A stretch of DNA of 32,000 nt, from assembly GCF_000009705.1 (NCBI RefSeq), contig NC_003272.1:2730001-2762000 (forward strand), written 5' to 3'. This document shows, in pieces, positions 8,971-17,529 of the stretch (positions are counted from its first letter, which is position 1; the number at the start of each line of letters is the position of its first letter). This DNA is from Nostoc sp. PCC 7120 = FACHB-418. GTDB taxonomy: Bacteria; Cyanobacteriota; Cyanobacteriia; Cyanobacteriales; Nostocaceae. The notes under the pieces are model-generated. The model worked only from the letters and a program-made list of their open reading frames with translations. It was not told the DNA's origin and made no database searches. Made by a program: the position numbers and the translations under genes.

Positions 8971-10266
8971 ATGAGTTCCAGCACCCAGGAATTAAAACGC
9001 AACTCTAAGCGACGACGACCCATCGCTGTAGATTTGTTTGCAGGTGCAGGAGGAATGAGTCTTGGTTTTGAACAGGCTGGTTTTGATGTGTTGGCGGCGG
9101 TGGAAATTGACCCCATTCACTGTGCAGTACATGAGTATAACTTTCCTTTTTGCTCAGTTTTGTGCAAAAGTGTAGAAGAGACGACAGGCAAAGAGATACG
9201 CGATCGCTCCAAAATCAATAACCAAGAAATAGATGTAATTATTTGCGGTAGTCCCTGTCAAGGTTTTTCCCTGATGGGTAAGCGGGTTTTTGATGACCCC
9301 CGTAACTCCTTAGTATTTCACTTTCATCGGTTAGTACTGGAGTTACAACCGAAATTTTTTGTCATGGAAAATGTGCGGGGGATAACTTTTGGTGAACACA
9401 AACAAATCCTCCAAGCCTTGATTTATGAGTTTAAAAGCCACGGTTATCAGGTGGAAGAGAATTATCAAGTTCTCAATGCAGCTCATTATGGAGTACCGCA
9501 GGCGCGGGAAAGATTATTTCTTATTGGTGCAAGGGAAGATGTAAAGTTACCCAAATACCCCAAACCAATTACCAAACCAGCAAAATCAAATAACTCGAAA
9601 GCCAGGAATTTATCTCGTCTGCCACTTTGTCCAAATGTTTGGGAAGCTATTGGCGATTTACCAGAGGTAGAACAATACCCGGAGTTGTTAACAAGAGATT
9701 GGATAATTGCAGAGTATGGTAAGCCTAGTAATTACGCTGCCGTACTTCGCGGTATTAGTACTTTAGCAGATGATTATTCATGCGATCGCCTATTTGATTC
9801 GCGTCTTCTCTCTTCTAGTCTCAGAACCAAGCATTCACAAGCAACCATCGAACGCTTTGCGGCTACAGTCCCAGGGGAAAGAGAACCAATCAGTCGATTC
9901 CATAAACTGCATCCATCCGGTGTCTGCAATACCTTAAGGGCGGGAACCGATAAGTTTAAAGGTTCTTTCACCTCCCCTAGACCAATTCATCCATTGACAC
10001 CCCGATGTATTACAGTCCGAGAAGCAGCAAGACTACATTCCTACCCAGACTGGTTTAGATTTCATATCACCAAATGGCATGGTTTTCGCCAGGTTGGTAA
10101 CTCTGTACCGCCATTACTAGCAAAAGCAGTCGCCAGGGAGATTATTCGCAGATTGAATATATCACCTGTGAAACCCAATATTTGCTACCCATTGGGACAA
10201 GAAAAGCTACTGCAATTCAACATTTCTCAAGCGGCGCAGTATTATTCTGATTTGAAGGGGGTGTAG
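8971..10266 (+). CDS. DNA (cytosine-5)-methyltransferase, with no cognate classical restriction enzyme seen
   Basis: 431 aa with the canonical C5-MTase motifs: I DLFAGAGGMSLGF, IV GSPCQGFS, VI FVMENVRG, VIII QARERLFLIG, X GNSVPPLL. A long variable (target recognition) region lies between VIII and IX/X. Confidence 0.93.
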   Translation: MSSSTQELKRNSKRRRPIAVDLFAGAGGMSLGFEQAGFDVLAAVEIDPIHCAVHEYNFPFCSVLCKSVEETTGKEIRDRSKINNQEIDVIICGSPCQGFSLMGKRVFDDPRNSLVFHFHRLVLELQPKFFVMENVRGITFGEHKQILQALIYEFKSHGYQVEENYQVLNAAHYGVPQARERLFLIGAREDVKLPKYPKPITKPAKSNNSKARNLSRLPLCPNVWEAIGDLPEVEQYPELLTRDWIIAEYGKPSNYAAVLRGISTLADDYSCDRLFDSRLLSSSLRTKHSQATIERFAATVPGEREPISRFHKLHPSGVCNTLRAGTDKFKGSFTSPRPIHPLTPRCITVREAARLHSYPDWFRFHITKWHGFRQVGNSVPPLLAKAVAREIIRRLNISPVKPNICYPLGQEKLLQFNISQAAQYYSDLKGV

Positions 10267-10285
10267 GGGTGTGGGGGTGTAGGGG
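10257..10285 (+). repeat. G-run repeat (GGGGGTGTA GGGGTGT GGGGGTGTA GGGG) overlapping the methyltransferase stop codon
   Basis: Four G-runs of 4-5 nt are separated by TGTA/TGT loops, as read directly. The TAG stop lies at 10264-10266, inside the tract. Confidence 0.75.
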
Positions 10286-10348
10286 AAAGATATCTTTCTT
10301 TCATCTATGACTGTGAAACCTGTTTTATCGGGTCTGACTTCTTTAACA

Positions 10349-11314
10349 CTAACTCCAACTACGGAAAAATGTACTATCTTCCCAAATACTAGCAGTACGT
10401 TGAGCGATCGCTGTCAATTCTGTTTCTGCCAAAGGTTGAAAGTTACGCGCCACTTGCACATTACTTGCTAATTGTTCTACACTTTCCGCCGCAACCACGC
10501 AACTATGAACCCCTGGCTGAGACAAACTATATCCCATTGCCTGTTCCATCCCTGCCAATCCACCAGGCTTAAATAATCGCCCATAAGCCGGGACTTTCAT
10601 TGCTACCACACCCACATTTTTGGCTTGCGCTACTGGTAAAACTACAGGGATAAATGGACGGGGGTGGTGTCTATCGGCGGCGTTAACTGGTATGAGTGTC
10701 GTATGGAAGGGATAGCGACGTAACCCTTCGGTAATTACTTCTGGGTCACGATGTCCGGTAATACCTGCGAAACGAACTAATTTTTGGCTAACGGCTTCTT
10801 CTAAAGCTTTAATGGCACCAGAGGGACTAAATATAGTGTCGAGTTCTGCGGCAAAAGAAACGTGATGTAACTGCCACAAATCGAGATAATCTGTATTTAG
10901 GCGTTTGAGCGATCGCTCTAATTCTCGCCATGCACCATCCCGATCTCTATATGCAGTCTTACTAGCTAAAAATATCTTCCCACGATGGGGTGGTAAAATT
11001 TTACCAAAATAATCTTCACTCGGCCCATAACTTGCAGCCGTATCAAAATAGCGAATACCCAGTTCTAAAGCTTTGTAAATAATTGCTTCAGCTTCAGACT
11101 GTTTGCCTTCCCAAGATAGTGGGGTTTGTCCCGCACCTCCCAACCCAAAAATAGGTAATTTCACATCTGTGCGTCCTAAGATGCGTTCTGGCATCATTGC
11201 TGGTGGTGCAGCAGTAGGAGTGGAATTTTGTTGTAAAACATTCGTCATTACAACACTCCCGGTAACAGCAGCACTGGTCATGAGAAAGTTACGCCGTGTC
11301 TGTTTCGCTGTCAT
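10349..11314 (-). CDS. Aldo/keto reductase with N-terminal twin-arginine (Tat) signal peptide
   Basis: 321 aa. The N-terminus is MTAKQTRRNFLMTSAAVTGSVVM... (TRRNFL twin-arginine motif plus a hydrophobic h-region). The AKR core follows (LGRTDVKLPIFGLGG, IRYFDTAASYG, LDLWQLHH). Confidence 0.88.
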   Translation of the reverse strand: MTAKQTRRNFLMTSAAVTGSVVMTNVLQQNSTPTAAPPAMMPERILGRTDVKLPIFGLGGAGQTPLSWEGKQSEAEAIIYKALELGIRYFDTAASYGPSEDYFGKILPPHRGKIFLASKTAYRDRDGAWRELERSLKRLNTDYLDLWQLHHVSFAAELDTIFSPSGAIKALEEAVSQKLVRFAGITGHRDPEVITEGLRRYPFHTTLIPVNAADRHHPRPFIPVVLPVAQAKNVGVVAMKVPAYGRLFKPGGLAGMEQAMGYSLSQPGVHSCVVAAESVEQLASNVQVARNFQPLAETELTAIAQRTASIWEDSTFFRSWS

Positions 11315-11673
11315 ATTTGGGCAAAATCCCTAGTCTATTTGTATGGTAACGAAAAAACGCAACAAAGAATACTAACTATCCTCAGTTACCTGTATCGACG
11401 CATCAACTTAATTTTGTCCAACCACTTATGATTTTTCCTCCTGATGGTCACCAAATAAACAGTAATATATATTACATTTGCAGCATGAGCAAAATTTTAG
11501 TATTAGATTTATTTAATACCAATGTTTGAAAAATAGCCGAGATTTAAAAATAGACTCTAAAAACCAAAAATGCTTAACTATTAAGTGTTTTTCATTAGTA
11601 AAACCCATCTATATTGCTCATAAATGTCTTCCCTAAATCGAAAATCATTTAAGTAATTTCACTGTCATAAAAA

Positions 11674-11679
11674 AAGGAG
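11674..11679 (+). promoter_or_regulatory. Shine-Dalgarno sequence (AAGGAG) for the H-NOX gene
   Basis: AAGGAG lies 8 nt upstream of ATG 11688. Confidence 0.55.
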
Positions 11680-11687
11680 TTAAGGCA

Positions 11688-12257
11688 ATGTATGGTTTAG
11701 TGAACAAAGCCATTCAAGACATGATTAGCAAGCATCACGGCGAAGATACATGGGAAGCCATCAAGCAAAAAGCCGGACTGGAAGATATTGATTTTTTCGT
11801 AGGGATGGAAGCTTATAGTGATGATGTTACTTATCATTTGGTTGGTGCCGCTAGTGAAGTATTGGGTAAGCCTGCCGAGGAACTGCTGATAGCCTTTGGG
11901 GAATACTGGGTGACATATACATCCGAAGAAGGCTATGGAGAACTTTTAGCTAGTGCGGGAGACTCTTTACCAGAGTTTATGGAAAACCTTGATAACCTTC
12001 ATGCCAGAGTAGGCTTAAGTTTTCCTCAGCTTCGTCCCCCCGCTTTTGAGTGTCAACACACCAGTAGCAAGTCGATGGAACTCCACTACCAATCAACTCG
12101 CTGTGGTTTAGCTCCAATGGTGCTTGGTTTACTCCACGGATTAGGGAAACGCTTTCAGACAAAAGTTGAAGTTACTCAAACCGCTTTTCGTGAGACTGGT
12201 GAGGATCACGATATCTTCTCTATTAAATACGAAGACTCGAATTTATATGACGACTGA
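11688..12257 (+). CDS. H-NOX (heme nitric oxide/oxygen-binding) sensor protein
   Basis: 189 aa. The proximal His105 codon is at 12000-12002 ([10 protein letters not shown]). The heme-propionate motif Y134-x-S136-x-R138 is present (HYQSTR). The sequence matches my recollection of the crystallised Nostoc sp. PCC 7120 H-NOX (alr2278). Confidence 0.97.
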
Positions 12258-15200
12258 TAGGGATAGTAGCTCCAAAAAATTTGGTCTTTCTCCCGAACAA
12301 TTTGCTGCTTTGTTCCCCTTCCATCTGGTTATAGATCGAGAATTAAAGATTGTTCAGGCGGGTGAGGTAATTCAGCGTATTTTGGAGCCTATGGTGCTTC
12401 TTGATAGTTATTTGGGAGAGCATTTTCAAATCAGTCGCCCCAAATGCCTAACTAGCTTTGAAGGGATTTGCCAACAAACGCGATCGCTTTTCATTCTACA
12501 AGCCCACTATCAGGAAATACAGCTAAAGGGACAAATGTTAAATTTAGAGTCCCGCGATCATCTGCTATTTCTTGGTTCTCCTTGGATTACTGATATCGCT
12601 GATTTAAAAAATCTGGGATTGAAGATCAATGATTTCCCTCTACATGACTCTGTTTCCGATTATTTGTTTCTGTTACAGGCTAAAAATTCTGCCCTTGCTG
12701 ATGCTCAAAAACTGACTACAAAACTCAAAGACCAAAAGACTGAATTACAAACAACAGCCTTACGACTGAGGACACTAATTGAGAGTTTACAGTCTGGCAT
12801 TCTCCTGGAAGATGCAAACCAGCATATTATTCTAGTAAATCAAGAATTTTGTGATTACTTTCGCATTCCTCTACCTCCACAAGCTTTGCAAGGTATGGAT
12901 TGTCAGCAAGCTTTGGAAGCGAGTAAACATCTATTCACTGAACCAGAGAGATTTATTTGCACCACAGATGAGATCATCCGTCAAGGCAAAATGTTTCTCC
13001 ATCAAGAATGGGAACTTCAAGATGGACGCACCTTAGAGCAAAACTATATACCGATTGTGGTTGATCATAAACTTTATGGTCATCTGTGGAAATATCGTGA
13101 CATTACCCAATACAAAAAATCAGAAGTTGCTTTGAGGTTAAGTGAGGAACGATTAAAGCTGGCTGTAGATGCTGTAGAAGAAGGTCTATGGGACTGGAAT
13201 CTAGTCACGGGAGAAGTTTATCGTAGCGCACGTTGGTTTACCATGTTGGGTTACACCCCTATGGAAATTGGCAACGATATTAAATTCAGAGATAAGTTGA
13301 TCCATCCAGATGATATCCCCTTGATGCAGCAAAGGCTGATATCCCACCTCAAAGGTGATACTCCTTTCTATGAAGTAGAAATACGTTTACTCGCTAAATC
13401 TGGAGAATGGAGGTGGATTCTCGACCGGGGTAAATTAGTGAGTCGGGATTCTCAGGGTAGAGCTATCAGAATGGTGGGAACTCATTTAGATATTACCCAA
13501 CGGAAACAGGCAGAACAAGACCTACAGCAGCAATATCAACACACTTTACTGCTGAAACAAATCACAGAAGAAATCCGCCAGTCCTTACAATGGGAAAAAA
13601 TTCTCAAGACAACAGTTACAGAAGTTCAGCGAATTTTACAAGTTGATCGCGCCCTGATTTTCCAAATCAATTCTGATGGTTCTGGCAAAGTGGTTCAAGA
13701 GGCGGTAATGCCTGGATGGTCAGTCACTTTAGACCAAGATATTTATGATCCCTGCCTCAAAGATGGATACCTTAATATGTATCGGGATGGACGCATTACT
13801 GCCATTGCTGATGTGTATCAAGGGGGTTTGAAACCTTGCTATGTAGAATTCTTGCAACAGTTCCAGGTCAAAGCTAATTTGGTTGTACCAATTCGAGTGC
13901 GACGAAATTTGTGGGGGTTATTAATTGTCCATCAGTGCGATCGCCCCAGGCAATGGACGGAATTAGAATTGGATCTCCTCAAACATCTGGCAGATCAAAT
14001 GGGTATTGCCCTCACCCAATCCCAATTATTGGCTCAGGAAACTAGGCAAGCCCAATTATTAGCGCTGCAAAATGAAGAACTGAACGTTGCTAAACAAGTA
14101 GCAGAGAAGGCAAATATGGCTAAGAGTAATTTCCTGGCCACCATGAGCCATGAAATTCGTACTCCGATGAATGCCATCATTGGTATGAGTGGACTGCTCC
14201 TAGATACTACCCTCAAACCTGAGCAATTCGACTATGTAGAAACTATTCGCAACAGCAGTCACACATTATTAACAATCATTAATGACATCCTCGACTTTTC
14301 TAAAATTGAGTCTGGCAAATTAGAACTAGAAGAACAACCTTTTGATTTACGCCTTTGTGTGGAAGAAGCCTTAGATTTACTGGCTCCTCAAGCAGCCTCA
14401 AAAGGCATCGAACTCATGTACCAACTAGAACCAGACACACCCACTTTAGTTGTGGGTGACATTACTCGTATCAGGCAAATTCTGTGGAATTTGGTCAGTA
14501 ATGCGGTCAAGTTTACCAAAATTGGCGAAATATGTATCACTATTGGGGCAAAACAGAAGATTTATAAACAGACAGACCCTACTCGCTACGAATTTCAATT
14601 TGCAGTCCAAGATACGGGTATTGGCATAGAACGCGATCGCCTACATCGATTATTCAAACCTTTTAGTCAAGTCGATGCCTCCATGACTAGACGCTATGGT
14701 GGTACAGGCCTGGGACTGGCAATCAGTAAGCGCCTGAGTGAAATCATGGGCGGCAAAATGTGGGTAGAAAGTCAATCGCATCAAGGCTCTATTTTCTATT
14801 TCACTGCTACCTTACAGGTCAATTCCTCTGCCATCAATAGCGCCGCCAAGGTCGATCCAGAATTGGTTGGCAAACGATTACTGCTAGCAGTCGGTAACGC
14901 CAACTTGAGAAAATGCTTAACCCGGCAACTCCAGTCCTTAGGATTAGATGTCCAGGCTGTAGATTCCAACGCGACGGCGCTACATTGTCTATGGCAACAT
15001 ACTTCCCTAGCTCTAGCTGTGTTAGATGTTGATAGCCCACAGATCAACGGCCTCCACCTCAGTACAAAAATCCGTGCTATTCCCCAGCATCAGAATTTAC
15101 CTCTGGTGATGTTGAGTGCTAAAGGCAAACAAACTTTAGAAGTGAAGCAAGTAGCATCGGAATTTACGGCTTTTCTACATAAACCCCTGCGCCATTACCA

Positions 15201-16146
15201 GTTACACAATACACTTTTGCAAATTGTACGTGGTAAGTGGTTGAGCAAATCCACCCCTCAAGGCATAATTCCCTCTTACTCCCGCTTACCTAAACCCAAT
15301 CTCCCAGCTATTGATACCCATCTGGCGGAAAATTTGCCGCTCAAAATTCTTCTAGTTGAAGACGTGTTGGTGAATCAGAAAATTGCGATGAATATGCTGC
15401 ATCTGTTGGGATATCGTACCGATGTCGCTAACAATGGCTTAGAAGCTCTGGAAGCGCTACAAAGACAACTCTATGATGTTGTGTTTATGGATATTCAGAT
15501 GCCGGAAATGGATGGCTGGGAAACCACCCACAAAATTCGCCAGGAATTTTCCCCTACTCTTCAACCTTGGATCATTGCCATGACTGCCCACGCCCGCCCA
15601 GAAGATCGTCAGCAGTGCTTGGCAGCAGGTATGGATGACTACATAAGTAAGCCGATCAGCCTAGAAGATATCACCACAGCTTTGAAAAAGTTCGGTAGTC
15701 AGCGTCAACCAGCATTAGAGTCTCCCGCATCGGTGTCTATATCTGCCCCACCTGCACCTACCCCACAACCCAAAATAGAAGAGGTAATTGACCAACAGAC
15801 TTTAGAATACCTGCGAAATTTAGGTGGTAGCGACGAAGCAGATGAGGATGGAGGCGGTAGTAGTATCATCACTGAGTTAATCCAACTTTACCTAGAAGAT
15901 ACCCCAGCCAAAATTCAGGCAATTCAAGATGCAGCAACCTTGGAAGACCGTTCACAGTTAGCCAGAATAGCTCACGCTTTGCGATCGCCTAGTGTGAGTA
16001 TTGGAGCTATTAACCTGGGAAAAATCTGTGAAACCGTGGAGGATGAAGCCAAGGAACAATCAATGGATCAACTTACTGCTTTGGTTAATCAACTCAACAA
16101 CGAATATCAAAATGTTGTAGCGGCACTTAAAACCCTTATTTTTTAA
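12247..16146 (+). CDS. Hybrid sensor histidine kinase: HNOBA-PAS-PAS-GAF-HisKA-HATPase-pseudoREC-REC-Hpt
   Basis: The HNOBA region resembles that of soluble guanylate cyclase ([36 protein letters not shown]). The H-box is SHEIRTPMN (His codon 14149-14151) and the ATPase boxes are [16 protein letters not shown] and [10 protein letters not shown]. The receiver Asp is in [13 protein letters not shown] (codon 15490-15492) and the Hpt His is in IAHALRSPS (codon 15973-15975). ATG 12247 is preferred; it overlaps the H-NOX 3' end by 11 nt. The track's TTG 12166 would add 27 aa inside the H-NOX gene. Confidence 0.93.
12280..12808 (+). other. HNOBA (heme-NO-binding associated) domain region of the hybrid kinase (approximate bounds)
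   Basis: Motif-level resemblance to the sGC HNOBA/PAS-like dimerisation region plus a following coiled coil ([23 protein letters not shown]). Confidence 0.75.
14872..15230 (+). other. Degenerate (pseudo-)receiver domain inside the hybrid kinase (approximate bounds)
   Basis: The segment is receiver-like ([11 protein letters not shown]...[14 protein letters not shown]...LVMLSAKG...FLHKPL). The N-terminal acidic pair is replaced by GN, while the downstream canonical REC has VED. Confidence 0.6.
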
Positions 16147-16185
16147 AATAAATAGCATTTTTCTCTTAGCTCAAATTAAAAAAAT

Positions 16186-17451
16186 ATGAAAGAAAATACA
16201 TTTTCCTCAGTCCCCAATCTGAATTACCCCTCATCCTCAGAATGGTCGCCACCTTACCCAGCCCCCCAGCCTCCATCTCCACCCACTAAAGTCAAAATCT
16301 TAGTAATTGATGATGATCGCATCATCCAATTAATTCTCAAACAGGCATTGCAAGAACAAGGCTATGAAGTCATTCTCGCCACCAATGGTTTACAAGGAAT
16401 CGAGCAAGCCGATAAACACCACCCAGCACTGATAATTTGTGATTGGCAAATGGATGAAATGGATGGTTTAGAAGTGTGCCGCAAAATTAAATCAGAGCCA
16501 ACCCTATCTACGACTTTTTTTATTCTCTTAACCTCACGGCGAGCTGTAGAAGACCGAGTGGAAGGCTTAGATACGGGGGCAGATGATTTTTTAAGCAAAC
16601 CAATTGACGTAAATGAACTCAAAGCCCGTGTACGCTCTGGCTTGAGGCTATATCAAACAAATCAAGAACTGCAAAGATTAGCGCAAGATTTACAACTCCA
16701 AAAACAGCTTTTAGAAACAGAGTTGAATGAAGCGGCTGATTATGTCAAATCGATTCTTCCCCAACCTTTATCGGGATTAATCAACATCAATTCTCAATTT
16801 TTGCCCTCTAGTCAATTAGGTGGTGATTGTTTTGATTACTACTGGCTTGATGATGATCATTTAGTTATCTACCTGCTGGATGTTTCTGGACATGGATTGG
16901 CAGCAGCATTACCATCAATTTCCATACATAATCTACTGCGATCGCGTTCTCTTCCTCAAGCTGATCTATACGATCCCGCACAAGTTCTCCGAGACTTAAA
17001 TCTTTTCTTTCAAATGGATCAGCAAAATTGTCAATACTTTACGATGTGGTACGGAGTTTTTAAGCGGAGTTCTCAGCAGCTCACTTATGCTAGCGCCGGT
17101 CATCCTCCAGCTTTACTACTTTCTCCTTCCACTGACTCTCAATTAGATATCCAAAAGTTAGCCACTCGCAGTCTGCCAATTGGAGCATTTACAGAAGCAA
17201 AATATTGCAATGCTATCTGTAATATCCAAAGCGGTAGTAAACTCTATGTATTTAGTGATGGAGTTTATGAAGTGGAAAAATCTGATGGTAATATGTGGAA
17301 TTTTGAAAGCTTCATTAAGGTAATAGCTATGTGCAATCAACCACTCGAAGAAGGGTTAAGTGAGATTTTAGAAGCCATAAAAACTACCACTGGTAGTCAA
17401 ATATTCAACGATGACTGCTCTTTAATAGAAATAAATTTTGTTCTTAAGTAA
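16186..17451 (+). CDS. Response regulator with C-terminal PP2C/SpoIIE-type serine phosphatase domain (RsbU-like)
   Basis: 421 aa. The REC domain shows ILVIDDD, IICDWQMDEMDG and LSKP. The PPM/SpoIIE-type motifs are LGGDCFDY, LLDVSGHGLAAAL, YASAGHPP and VFSDGVYE. It starts 39 nt downstream of the hybrid kinase on the same strand. Confidence 0.92.
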   Translation: MKENTFSSVPNLNYPSSSEWSPPYPAPQPPSPPTKVKILVIDDDRIIQLILKQALQEQGYEVILATNGLQGIEQADKHHPALIICDWQMDEMDGLEVCRKIKSEPTLSTTFFILLTSRRAVEDRVEGLDTGADDFLSKPIDVNELKARVRSGLRLYQTNQELQRLAQDLQLQKQLLETELNEAADYVKSILPQPLSGLININSQFLPSSQLGGDCFDYYWLDDDHLVIYLLDVSGHGLAAALPSISIHNLLRSRSLPQADLYDPAQVLRDLNLFFQMDQQNCQYFTMWYGVFKRSSQQLTYASAGHPPALLLSPSTDSQLDIQKLATRSLPIGAFTEAKYCNAICNIQSGSKLYVFSDGVYEVEKSDGNMWNFESFIKVIAMCNQPLEEGLSEILEAIKTTTGSQIFNDDCSLIEINFVLK

Positions 17452-17529
17452 CTCAAATTTTTGGATGTAATCAAATTAATAATTTAGCTGAAAATCAGCA
17501 GATTTATTGTAATTTTCATCATGCTTTGT

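Noticed and set aside
8046-10266. Calling Uma2 plus the C5-MTase a bona fide type II restriction-modification system.
   Set aside because: Uma2 proteins are massively multicopy in cyanobacteria and are not demonstrated restriction enzymes. Adjacency alone is insufficient, so this is kept only as a low-interest hypothesis.
12166-12246. The TTG-initiated 27-aa N-terminal extension of the hybrid kinase given in the ORF track. Analogous TTG/GTG extensions occur at 18345, 25841, 26344, 27862, 30217 and 31266.
   Set aside because: The extensions run inside the preceding gene. The internal ATGs give family-typical N-termini (MTEYILFVDD, MILVTVGT, MKVLHILG, MNRIQTL) and create ATGA-type overlaps with the upstream stops. 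27862 versus 27841 remains the least certain.
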